Assembly: GCA_008632985.1 (NCBI GenBank)
Contig: QPGO01000140.1
Span: forward strand, 124,001 to 188,000
Length of the DNA: 64,000 bases
Source of the DNA: Psammoneis japonica
Lineage: Eukaryota
Reading direction: 5' to 3'
The notes below the pieces were generated by a model. That model was not told the DNA's origin. It made no database searches and saw only the letters and a program-made list of their open reading frames with translations. The translations under genes and the position numbers were made by a program. Below, piece after piece: positions 10,978-23,010 of this stretch (positions are counted from its first letter, which is position 1; every line of letters begins with the position of its first letter).

Positions 10978-12295
10978 TTAGTGAGAATAATGGCCCACAA
11001 TGATTGATTTTCTGGTATGCAATTTGCTCCTCAACGAATTCATGGCGGATGTCTGCATGATTTTCTGTCGCACCGCATCACAGCTTTCGTCCACTTTGGA
11101 GAGAGAATCAGATCCATTGTTGTCATAACCCGTGGACATGTCCATGGTGTTCAAAAGAGTCGAAGCGACATAGGATTCCCAATCAAAAGAATCTGCCCAG
11201 TACCGGTAGGGATTGCCCAAAGCATCCGCAGAAGTCAGCCACCCGACAAACAAAAAATATTCAAAGGCAAAGGAGAAAATGGACCAAAAGGCTGCAACAA
11301 AATTTCTCGGGGTTAGATCACGGCTGGCCTCATTCACACGACTATGCTAGACTGCGCGACTTACCTCCTCTTGTCAATCCACCCAAGTTTTCTTCTCTAC
11401 GAATATCCGTGAGGGCCGATGCAAGGAGGGAAATAGCCATGTACATTCTCACCGTCACGTTTACCAATTGTCGATACGACAGAGGCACAGGCACATGAAT
11501 GGGAGTGGCGAGTCCGCCGAGTGCTCCGCGTAGGTCACAAACTTGACCGACAAACATTTTTATCACCATGTCGTTGCAACCAAAAAGATTTTTCTTGCTG
11601 AGTTCCATCAAGAGATTTTGAAACCATACAAGAGGAATAGCAAATCTCTCGCGTGTGTGTACTTTTAGAAACTTGTACTCGGACTCGGTACAGAGTCCGC
11701 GGTCCATGATGGCCTCCAAAGATGAAAACTCGTTTGGCTTCTTCTCGAACACCTCTCCCACTCGAATAGCATGGGCCAAGTTCAACCATCGAATGAGCTG
11801 CATGCGCACGTCTTGCACTTTGGGCAACGACTCTTTGGATCTTGCGTCGGATGCCTCCTCGTCATGCTCAACGTCTTCTACAATCTGTCCCAAATCCTCT
11901 CCTCCTGCAGTATCGTCGTCTCGAATCAAAGTGGAAACCTTCAAGGAAAGATCGCTGACGCCACCAGTGCATTTTCCTTCTGCACAGCGAACATTCCACC
12001 ATCGTCCATAAATTGTCGACGTGTAAAATCCGAGCATCAAACCAAGAGCAGACTGAAATCGGTTGTTGATGAACTGGACCGTTTCGACAAAAGACAAGAA
12101 TTCCACATCCAGCCTTTCTCGATTCACGTCTTTACGATTGAGGTAAACCACGTAAATGACAGCGGTGCAAACCGCAACGGCAAGAAACCATTCCACCCAG
12201 AAAAACTGAAAAATGCTAGCTTCCCAAGTCCAAATCATGCGGAGCCAGTTCAATCTCCACGGTGGGCCAAAGGGATCTTGATATTCTCTAGTCAT
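10978..12295 (-). CDS. Bestrophin-family anion channel; two exons
   Basis: Motifs LGLMLGFY...GRWW, VPVPLSYRQLV and GWLTSADALGNPY; intron 11364-11292 (GTAAGT...TTGCAG, CTAAC branch point) joins in frame. Confidence 0.85.
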
Positions 12296-14949
12296 TTTTT
12301 AGAAAACGAGGGTTTCAGCCCTAGCGTGCTCTTGAGCAATGGCGGGGAAAGCGATAGGGTATATTATTACTCTTTGTGTAGGCACAGAAACGCTTTCGAT
12401 TTGGGTGTCGCGTTAGCGTTGGCTACTATCATGCATGTTGGCTTTTTTTTTTCAATGTTTCTTGTGTGGGTGTGGCTTGGCGGCTATTATTTTCGATAAT
12501 TCGTATCACTCTATCATACGATAAGAACAAATACATACAGGAAAATATTTTAGTCACGAGAATCATCCTTCCGTTGTCGTTGAATTTGTACTGAAGCCGC
12601 ACATTCAAAATATCTCCATGCATCTCCATTCTAACAACCACACTTTAAGCAGGTCCAGTGCAAGTCAGCTGCCAAAAAGCGCAGAAATGAGCAACAGCAT
12701 GAGCAATGAAACAGGGCTGGTTGTTTGATGTCTCCCCTGCTCAGGACTGGAGCTGAGGTCAGCACCAGTGCATGTGTCATCTGGGCCAGCCAGGCATCAT
12801 TTCTGAGAACCTGGCGCCACTCTGTGCTGGTGCCTCCTCTTTTTGCTGGGTGAGGCGTTGATGAGGCGAGGTGCTCATCTGAAGATTGGCTTCTCCACAG
12901 CATGTGATGAGTGGTCAGGCTTGGAGCACTTGTCCATGCAGTGTTTTGTTGGGGTGCAGATGGTCTTTGGGCAGATGCCTTGGCGGTGTGCACACAAGGA
13001 ACGCAAGAGCAGCACGGCTTGCACGTGAGCAAGGCTTTGGGCAACCCCAGCTGGGTGCTGTCAGACATTTGTCTCCATTTTCACAACTGTGTTTCTTGAG
13101 CCAACAATGACAACCTCATCATCTTGCTTGCAGCGAGTGTGACAACATCTGTGTGAGCCAAGCCCAGCTGGTTTCTGCACACTGAAAAATGCCCTCTTCT
13201 TGTGGCCAGAGCTTGGGTTGGTGCATGGCATGCTTTTGCTCAAAGAAGAGCCTGAGTGGCAATCTCATTCTGACATTGGAGCAGCAGCAACTCATCTGAA
13301 CCCAACCATGCTGGCATCAAGTCCAACCCAAAAGCTCTGGCTGAGCCTCCCAAGATGAGATTGAGCGAGCCACATGGGGCGAGCTTTGGCGTGGCTCATG
13401 CTCAGATCTTCTTGAGGGTGTGCCAATGCTTGTCAACCTGCCAAGCCAGCACTCACCATTGGAAGCACTGTGCTTGCTTGGAGTGGTGCTCAGCCAAGCT
13501 GATGTCTGCTGCCAGAGACTTTTTGAAGGGAGCCCGCTTGTCAAAAGCTTCGCAGGAAACCTCTTTTGTCTGGACGAGCCAACAGCCCTCTGCATTTGTG
13601 TCCAAAGCTTGTGCAAGTGTGCCCCATGCCCCCCATTTTATCAGCATGAGAAGAAAAAGAGCACCTCATCATTTTTTCTGTGGGCATGATTGAAGGCATC
13701 TTGTTGCATGCTGTGCAGTCTTTTGTGCGAGGTTTTGTGTGAGGTGATTTTTTGCTTGGAACACACGGGTTTCTTCCCCTTTTTTTGTGACATTGGGCTC
13801 ATCATGGCAAAGTGCAAAAGCTTTGTGCTGCATCACAAAACTCATTTCAAAATGTCTGGCCACCCAAAACATTGTCTTTTTGTGTTCTCAGCTGAAGGGG
13901 GCACTTTGGAGCAGCCCAAAAACAAGGAAAATTTCTCTCTGCCAGCTGCTGCTGGCTGATTCATTGTCAAACAAATGCCTTTTGATCTGGGCATGACTGA
14001 CAGAGATGCAGGAGAGGTGTGGCCATGACTTCCCCCACATGCTGGCTGTGTGTCATCTTGTGTGTGTCTTTTTCCAGAGTTCAGGGCATGCTCTCGATGG
14101 TGGCAGTGCTGACAGGGGGTGCACAGGAGGCAGAGGAGAGTGCCAGAGTCTAGAGAGGCCTTGCAAAATGAGGTCTTGCACCCACATTGTCAAATTTTTG
14201 CTTCTGCACCCTTGGCCATTGTTCCCAGACATGCACCCCATTTGACAATGCAGGCTGCCTGTGAGAGATCACATGGGAAACTCCTGCCTGCACTGTGGAG
14301 TGCCATGATCTCAGCAGAAACCCACCTGCAAACAAGATGCCAAACATTTTCTTGGGTGTCATGGGGCCACAGCTTTGCTCTTTTGTGCTTGTGAGTCACT
14401 CTCACCTCAGCTGCAATTTGAGCAGATTGTTTCACACATCTTGTTCTTGTTGCCCACTTTTTTGCCCATCATCATGTTGCCTCATTCTGTGGCCCATCTT
14501 GTTGCCTCATTCTTTGCCCACCCAAAACTTGGCATCACTCTTTGGCAATGCTGGAAGAGGCAAGTCACCACTGCTTGTGATGCAGCTGCTGTGCTGCGTG
14601 CTCTGGTGAAAGCAAAAAATTGCAGCTCAAAGTTTCTTTCAAATCAAGCAGTCTCACTTGTTTTTTTTAAGTGCTCTTGTTGCTGTGTGGGCACCACTTT
14701 TGCTTGCAGCCACCCTTGAACCTGTGGCTGCAGCCTTTGGAGGCTTTGGGCCAGCCATGCTGCCCAGAACAGCACAGCTCTTCCCTTGGGGCAATTTGTG
14801 TTGAACATTGCTTGCAAGAGCACAACAGAGTTGCACGCGTGTCATTGCACAGTGATCTTGTCGACATGAGTTGGCTCAAACCAACTGCAGCACATTCCAG
14901 AAGTGCAGACTCAGCAAGTGTGTTGCTCTGTGCACACAGCTCACACTCA

Positions 14950-15600
14950 GCTCGGCACCCGCCACAAAGTCAACCACTGCTTGATGACCTCTCTGCTCTC
15001 CTCCTTGAGCTTCACCTCCACCTCCTGAGACCCTGCATCCAGCAGGCACTCTTCAAGGGATGCCATTTGTGGCAACCCCCGGCAACTCTGCAAGCCAATG
15101 CCTTGGCCATCTTGAGACAATTGGGTGCAATCTTTTTGGGATGAATCTCCATGTCCACCATGGCAATGCAACCACCTGGCTTGAGCAAAATGTGGCACAT
15201 TCTGCAAAACACCCACGGCTTGTTGGGGCTGAGATTGCTGACACAATTGCCCACAGTGCAATCCACCACACCGTTGGCTGCAGGGAAGGTGTTCAATCTC
15301 TCCCAACGGAATTCTGCGCTGGCTGTCTTTTCATCCACCACATTGGTTTGTGCCCTGCAAATTGTGCTGGGCATCATGTTGACTCCAACCACCATTCTGT
15401 GCCTGCCTTGGTGATTTGTTTTGGTGTGCAGCCTGTTGATGCTGGATTGACACTGACACAGCATCTGTTGTCACCACTGTCCTTGTCCTTGTCATGGTTG
15501 GCTGTGGTGGCGCACAATTGTTGCGCCATTTGCAGCACATCCAAGGGGTTGGTGGGAGCAGAGTTTGGATCTGATGACCCTTCAGGACAGCACACGGCTG
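14950..15600 (-). pseudogene. Arsenite S-adenosylmethionine methyltransferase (ArsM/AS3MT-like) pseudogene
   Basis: Across frameshifts it reads CCVSVNPASTGCTPKQI...VVGVNM...AEFR/GEIEHLP/ANGVVDCTVGNCVSNLSPNKPWVF...LKPGGCIA, matching ArsM EFRLGEIEHLP..D...SNCVINLSPDK..VF...LKPGGR; SAM motif I appears deleted. Confidence 0.75.
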
Positions 15601-15622
15601 CTTTGTTGGCAGTGTTGCCATT

Positions 15623-16067
15623 TGCAGTGTGCGCGCAGACAAAAGGTCATTTTGTCACGCCCTTTGTGACATTCAAAGGCTGTGACACGTCGCCGTGACA
15701 CATTGGCTCTCATCAGCAGCTGTGTGTTGCACTCCTCCCCATGTGTCACGCGTCCATGCGGCTCTTTACCAACGTGTGCTGACACTGCACGGTTTTGGCG
15801 GAACAGTGTGGGCACGCACGAAGGAACACGCAGAACTGCACAGAGTTTTGCGCGTTCGACAGTGACCAACGTTGCTGCAGACAACTCCCACTCAGGGTTT
15901 CGAACCCCTGGCCTCCTGCCCAATGGTTGCGATGAACCACTCCGCCATGAATTCACAATGCAGCATGCATGCAGACAAAAGGTCATTTTGTCATGCCCTT
16001 TGTGACATTCAAAGGCTGCAACACGTCGCCGTGATGCATTGGCTCTCATCAGTGGCTGTGTGTTGCA
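15623..16067 (-). mobile_element. 445-bp TRIM (miniature non-autonomous LTR element)
   Basis: 109-bp direct repeats at 15623-15731 and 15959-16067 with TG...CA ends; CATT TSD at 15619-15622 and 16068-16071; minus-strand PPT GGGGAGGAG (15732-15740) abuts the 3' LTR. Confidence 0.85.
15885..15955 (-). ncRNA. tRNA-derived Pol III internal promoter cassette inside the TRIM (not a functional tRNA)
   Basis: A box TGGCGGAGTGG and B box GGTTCGAAACC at tRNA spacing; D-stem GCG/CGC and a T-arm are present; the anticodon arm is poor. Confidence 0.65.
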
Positions 16068-19000
16068 CATTGGCAGGGGGACTGGAACAGCCTCCTCTGT
16101 TGCTGCCACTGACAGTTCCTGCAGAGGCAGGGGCAAAGAACTGCACAGTTTGGGTGGCACATTCCTTTGCCAGCAGGCCCCAAAATTGGCAAGGCATGGG
16201 CTGCAGTGCAAGAGTCAGCAAGCATCTTTTTTGGCACAAAGTGAACAAGGATCCACTTGACTGCACTTGAGATGTCTCACTGCAAAATGAGGGAGCTGTG
16301 GAAGCTGTCACGCGAATGGGTTCAAGATTCAAGCTCAACAACTTTGGGAGTTTCAAGTGTTTTGACCAACTCAGCTGTTGCTGCTCCTGATCCAAAACTC
16401 ATCAACCCTTCAGTGGTTGGGATGAAAGCAACCTTGTCAGATGAAATGCTCAAGAAGGAAAAAAAGTCTTGCTCCAACAAGTGCTGGGGTGCCATCCTCC
16501 CTGGCACATGCCATGGCAGGCAACAATGACCCTGATGACATGTGTTGTTCTTGAAAGATGCTGGCAAGAACAGCCACAAGTGTGCCCGCTGCAGGCACTG
16601 CTCCGATGAAATTGACTGAATGCAGCAAGTCAAGTGGGTTGCTCAGCAAAGGAGACAGGCACTTCAATGGCTTGGACATGCCAGGTGGGCTGCCATCTGA
16701 GGTGTCCCTGGGCCTTCATGTGGTTGAAAGGATTGGGAAAGTCCTTGCAAGAAGACTTCAAGCAATGCTTGGATGCCAGTGCAGGCTCATCTCTGTCATC
16801 GCTGCAGGTGGTTCAGAGCAAAGGGATGCCTTCAATGCCAGGAGCACTGCCTGCTGCTCAAATGAGTCAGGAAGTCTCTCTGTCTGGAGGATTTGGAGTT
16901 GCCTGAGAGCAACCACAGTGCTGTCCAGACTGCCCTGGCTGCCACCTGGCTCTTCTTCCCTGTCAACCAAAAGCAACAACACAAGCTGGTGGCGTTGCAC
17001 CCTTCTCCACCACAGCTCTTCAAGAAGACTTGACCAACACCCTTGTCAAACCTGCGCTGCCAGCTGTGACCCCACCCATGCCACAATTGATTCACTCAAA
17101 TTGCTCAATCATGGTGCCCATGGACAATGTGCCCATGAACAATTTGTTTTGCATGGTTCATCTGCTTGTGACAATGAGGGCGCATCATTGCAGCAATCGG
17201 CAGTGGGGGCTTTGCTTTGTGAAGAAGAGGAGGAGGCAAGTGATGGGTGCAATTTGTGGTCCTTGGTCTGCATGAGTCACATCCACAGGTGCTTCGCCGA
17301 CTTCCATGGGTGGTGGGAGCAGTTCTTGGGACAAATGAGGGTGGGTCTGTGCGCTGCATTGATCCACCCAGCCTTGTGTGCACCATGTGGCAAGACACTG
17401 CACTTCCTCTTCACCCCCTGAAGAGTCCAAGCTCATGTCACTGCAGCAATTTGTGTGGGTCATTGATTTTGGGAATTGTCATGTTGGTCTGCACTGCCTT
17501 GCCACAGAACTCATTGTTTAACTTTGCATTGAGTTCATGCAGTGGACTGTTCCTGAAAAGCTGGATGGGGCTCTTTTCCAACTTGGGTGGGAGCTTCTGC
17601 ACTGTGTTTGTCTTTGACCAGCTGTCCTTGGTGGTGCAAGTCTTGCTCCACATTGTTCTTGGGTTGTCATTTGTCTGTTTGTCTTTGTCCATCTGATCAT
17701 CTGCTCTCTTGCTGGCATCATTTGTGGTTTCTGTTGCACATCTTTGTCATTCTCCCAAAACCTGCTCTGGGGCAAAATGAATGGATCAAGACTCTGTGCT
17801 CTCCAGGGGAGCTCAAGAGTCTGATGGCTTTGTCAATCTCTCTGTTTTGGCAACTGTGGGAGTGGCATCTGGTCTGTCCTTGTGACTCAAGCTTCTCCTT
17901 GTTTTGACTGGTGGCATGATCGGTGCACCTGCTTGAGTGTCTTGGCACAATTGTCAATCTTGTTTGCAAAAGCCATTGACTTGACATCTGCATCTGTGGC
18001 AGTGGTGGCCAGCTTCTTGAGATTTCCCACGATGGCGAGAGCACTCTTTGCACTGGAAGTGCCCCATCAACTGCAGTGTTTTGAAGCACTTTTTGCCACA
18101 TGACTCTGAGAAATGATGTCACCAGCTGCTGCAACTGCTTGTTTCTTGCCATGGCATTTCTCAGCCACATCTTTTACATTGCCATTGTTTGCACCTTGCC
18201 GGTGCAGTTGGTGGAATGGCGCACTGTGGCACTGTCAAGAAACCCAAAGTCATGGTGCATGGCTGGCTTTGCATCACATGATGGCAAGGTCAAGCAGAAA
18301 GATGAGGAGGAGAACAAAAAGATTGATGTTGTTGGAGGCTGAGAACTCAAATTGATCCTTCTTGCCAGTGTTGGTGTTCAAGGTGCCCAGGCACAAGCCC
18401 AGCAGAAGTGTGAAAAGCACAGGCTGCCACTCTTGCAGCAACTCTGCAAGCAGCCAAAAGAGTGGTTCAAAAGAACAATTGGCTCATGTTTCTGGGTTTG
18501 GCAAGTTGAAGAACTTTTTTCATCTTTTTTGTTTTTGATGGAGCGTGCCAAATCTATGAACAGCCAAGCATCTCTTCTGAAAATGAGCCAAAACAGTCGG
18601 AAGAGCTCAGAGTCCTCCACCTCCAGTGATGTTGGGAGAGTGCAGCCAGCTCTCATTTGTTTGCAACACAGACACTCATCCTGCAGTCTGTCTTCTGGCA
18701 AATTGACTCTTCAAGCAAAAAAGTGAGAACGCACCATCACAACCAACCTCAAGGGGGGGTCATCTCTGCATTCATTCTGGAATTGCCGTTGCATTTGAAT
18801 GTGCTCATTTGTTGTGGTGTTTGTGTTTGAACATAAAAATTGTTCACAATCACACCACCTGATTGCACACAAAAATGAAAACTTCATGTGCCACCGTTGA
18901 AGTGCGGCGACATGATGACCGCAATCGTCAACATGTTTCTAAAGTGCAGTGGCTTGTCTGCAAACATTTGGCATGTGCTGTGTGACCTTTGTTGCACAAC

Positions 19001-19960
19001 AAGAAATGCAAAACAAAAAATGAGAGGTGGTGGATGGACCACCCTCCATCACAGACTTTTGGCTTGATGTTGTTTGCCACATTGAAGCACAGTGAAATTG
19101 AGGGAAAATCATGCAAATCATGAGCTGTTTGGCTCAATTTGACCTGAAAAAGACAATTGGACCTCTCCATCTGCCAGCAATGGTTTGCATGTTGCCCTTG
19201 GACCTCGTGCAAAAGACGCCAAAAATTGAATGGAGCACAACTTCAAATCTGGAATGGAGTGAAGATCAGTGGGAATCACTCGGGTCCTGAGAGTCATCAC
19301 GCAGACATTGTGCAGGAGAGCACTAAAAACAATTGTTGTCAGTCTGTCCATCCATTCGTGCACGAATGTCAACTTCTCGGGAAATCAATTGAAATGCCAT
19401 CTGATTGATGGCATTTCAATTCAGTTCCCAAAAAAAGTCATTGGCTCCAATCACTCTCTTGCATGACATTGTGCACATTTCTGCACGATTTTGTGTTTTT
19501 CCTCATGCAAAATGTCAATTGTGACCCGCGTGACATTTTCGAATGATTCCTGTTGCTTTCCTCATGCAGTGTCATGCTGCAGCATTGCTGGGGCATCACA
19601 CCACACTGCTGCTGTCAGCCCACCCACACATGTCGCATGATGGACAGACTGCACACGGATGATGACCGGACCATCTAGATGGACGAACAGATCTCTCTGA
19701 GATCTGCTTCTCACTTTCTCATCTGCTGGTGCTCATGTCATCACAGTCCTGGCACTTTGGGGAGTCTTTCGGTGTTCTGTCAGGTTGTGGCCACACGCTG
19801 TGCCACAGACCTCTGCGCCAAGCTTTCCATTTCGATTCGTTTGTTTTGTGAGCCAATCGAGCGAGCCTCATCGTCTGATCAGACAACTTTTTATCTCGCT
19901 TTCCCGGCATTTATCACGGTCGTTGAAACACACCAGATTTCTGCACGTGCATGACCAAAA

Positions 19961-21865
19961 ATGGCTCCACCAACAAAAACCATGGCGTCTTCCGACACCA
20001 CAAAGCCCGCTCTTCCGTCCATTGCAGAGATCCACTTCAAATTCGAGGCACATGCAACGACACCACATCCACACAATTGCCTGAGTGCGATTTGTGCGTG
20101 CTCCATGACTGATCTTGACCCGTTTTTTGATGACCCAGAGCATGCGCAACCCAAGAAAGATTTTGCGGACATGCTTTGTGATCACTTCATCCACGAAGCG
20201 TTCCCACCCTACACAGCTGATCCCACAGACATGCAATCGATCAAGACAATTGTGGATCAAGCCCCGTTCCGACTTGTTGACTCTCAAAGACCTCGTCCAG
20301 TCCGTTTGACGACTCCGATCTCATCAAAGTTGATCAAGACGAATCTCCTGAACAATGAACAATCCCTGTTCATTCTCATCTCCACCCAACACACATGTGT
20401 TGATCCTGATGTGACATGGAATTACAGAGATTGGAAAGAGTTTTCTCTTTCCCCATGTGCACCCAAACAAGCTCACATGGTTCCACAGTCATCGAGCATG
20501 AATCCTTCATTGATGTGCATGGACCATTTCGTAACGACGTCGCATGACGTCGCATCACGTCACACACAACCACGTTCGACAACTGCAAAGCATTGTGGAG
20601 GTGCTCCCATGTGTGATGCACCCCAGTGTCGACCTCCACAAGAACATCTGCCTCATCCAGCAACGAGCATGAATTCCTCGTTGATTGGCATCTGTGATTC
20701 CGTCATGACCGGGTGTGGTCCTTCATCAGCAACTGCGCCACTCCATGCGAATGCAACCATGCATCCTGGAGGTGCCAACATGTGTCTTCCGTCCAATTGT
20801 GTGCCATGTGCAAAACAAGGAGCTCTTGTGCCTCTTCCAACGACGAGTGCACCTCTTCCCTCTACAAGCATTCATGATCTTGTTGATGTGTCGTGCAACT
20901 CCTCATTGGGGTCTGCATCATCCATTGTGCCCACCAACTTGTCTTCTGGAGAATCTGCTGCGCCTGCCACGTCCATGGATCAGGACACAACTCCTGACAT
21001 CAAGGCCACTGGGGAGATTGAAATTGGTTCTCGTGTTTGGGTTCGAGAACCCGGCTCCCATCACTCCAAGTTGCACCCCGTCCCCAAGAAGGGTGTTTTC
21101 CTTGGTCATTCATCTGACACCAACAAGCGCGTCCCATGGCAGGATCCTGAAAACTCTCAGATCAAGATGGACACGAATGCACGCTTTGACAAGGGCATGG
21201 ACGGACCTCCTCATGCAAAGGATCAACGCCATCCAGACCTTTCACCTTCCGGTGACTGTGACAGATGTGAGAAAGCCTCTTTGCTCTTTTCCTCACCTCC
21301 GGCCTCGTCTTCGACCAATCATGTGTTTGAAGATTCCAAGATGGATGCCGCCACTGAGTCCTCCAGCCAAGATGATGCAGATGTGACTCAAGATGAAGGT
21401 GCGCTCTTCACGGGTGCTCGGATTGATCCCACGAATGCCACTGCGCCAGACATCAAGTCTCCTGTGTCTGTCATGGTTCCTCCGAGTGAGCCATCTGCAA
21501 TTGTTGGCACCGGCTCACTTCCATTGTCTGCCGGATTGGTGGCATTTCCCGCCAACCTCCACGCTTGCCTGCTCAAGACCCCAAAGTTTTTTGTGTCTGG
21601 CAACCCCATTGTTTCGTGCAATGGGGCTCGCTTCAGTCCATTGGATGGATCACACTGCATTGCCAAGGTCACCCATGAGCTGTTTGCTGCCTCTGTGGCA
21701 CCGTCGTGTGATGCGAATGACACCTGTGGACGCAGCCAGAGCTCTGTTGGTTGTCAGGTTACTTCGTCCTCGGATTTTTGGCTCGGCCGTCATCAATTTC
21801 GGATGTGCGATGCCGCCATTCCCTCCATCATCCAAACAAGACCAATGGAAGTGGGGTTGTTGTGA
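19961..21865 (+). pseudogene. Degenerate internal ORF of the outer LTR element with a Copia post-integrase SH3-like segment
   Basis: GSRVWVR...KLHPVPKKGVFLGH...WQDP...ARFD matches the Copia KL.P....G.FLGY...F.E segment; no RT or RNase H seen. Confidence 0.6.
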
Positions 21866-23010
21866 AAGAGGGCCACCGAGTCTCACCACCTTCCGCCATG
21901 CCGTCTCTTTCCTCCGTTGCCAGGACCGTTGTCACGTCCATTTGTGCTTTTCATGGTGCTCCGGACCTGCCCACCATCGCTGATGATGATCCTTCATTTT
22001 CTTGTCAAAGGAGGGAGCAACATTGTGCAGAAGAACTGTGCAAGATTGACAATCACACCAACTCTTCCAGCTTGTTGCCTTCTTCCTTCGCTGTCAAGAC
22101 CACTGTGGTGTCGAGTGGCATTTTTCCTGGTGGTCCCGACCTGTCGACTGTCCCCGATGATGACCCCACATTTTTGGATCAGGGGAGGGAACCCTGTGGC
22201 ACAGAGGAAGCATGTCAGGCTGTTGAGAACATCACATTCAATCAAGAAACCTTGCTTGATGACCATCATTTGAAGGCCTTGCGATGCTCACCTGCGATGC
22301 GTCACTGTTCTTCCGACGTTGAGCGACTGCACGATGCATTTTGTTTGTCCAACATGTTCTTCAGGGGCGACACATCCGGTGGCAGAAGCATTGTTTTGTC
22401 AGGTGGATTGCTGTTGCTTCTTTGTTGCCGCACTGTCCGCCATGGTGGACCTGCATTTTCTGGCCCCATCCCTTCCGATGAGATTTGGCAACAGCATGAC
22501 TCGCCAGAATGTCTTTCTGTGATCGATTGCTCATTGATTGACAAATTCATTTCTTTGGTGCAAGACTTGATTTGTCTTCAAGATTTGTTGGAAACTGCCT
22601 TTGATGTTTTTGTCGAAGACTCCGTTGGATCAGCACATGCGCCCAGCTGCCTTTGGAGACTTTTTGGAGATGTCATTGCCCTGTGCTGTGTGGCTCCTTT
22701 GCGATTGCGAGTTGAGCCTGGACACCTTGTTTTGTTGTCCGGTCTGTTTGCGTCATCCCTGTTCTTTGTTTTGATCTGCACTGCTCTCTGTGTTGAGACA
22801 TTGCAGATCAGGGGAGGGTGTCAGCCCACCCATGCATGTCGCATGATGGACAGACTGTGCACGGGATGATGACCGGACCATCTGGACAGACGAACAGATC
22901 TCTCTGAGATCTGCTTCTCACTTTCTCATCTGCTGGCACTCGCGTTGTCACAGTCCTGGCACTTTGGGGAGTCTTTCATGCCTCTGTCATTGTCGACCTT
23001 CGGCATTCTG

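Larger units (their letters stand above)
12650..19610. other. Heavily decayed domain depleted of TpA and CpG, containing repeat and gene relics
   Basis: Near absence of TA, scarce CG, excess TG/CA; only short Cys/His-rich ORFs. Confidence 0.8.

Noticed and set aside
15885..15955. Functional tRNA gene
   Set aside because: The anticodon and acceptor stems do not form properly, and it lies inside a TRIM.
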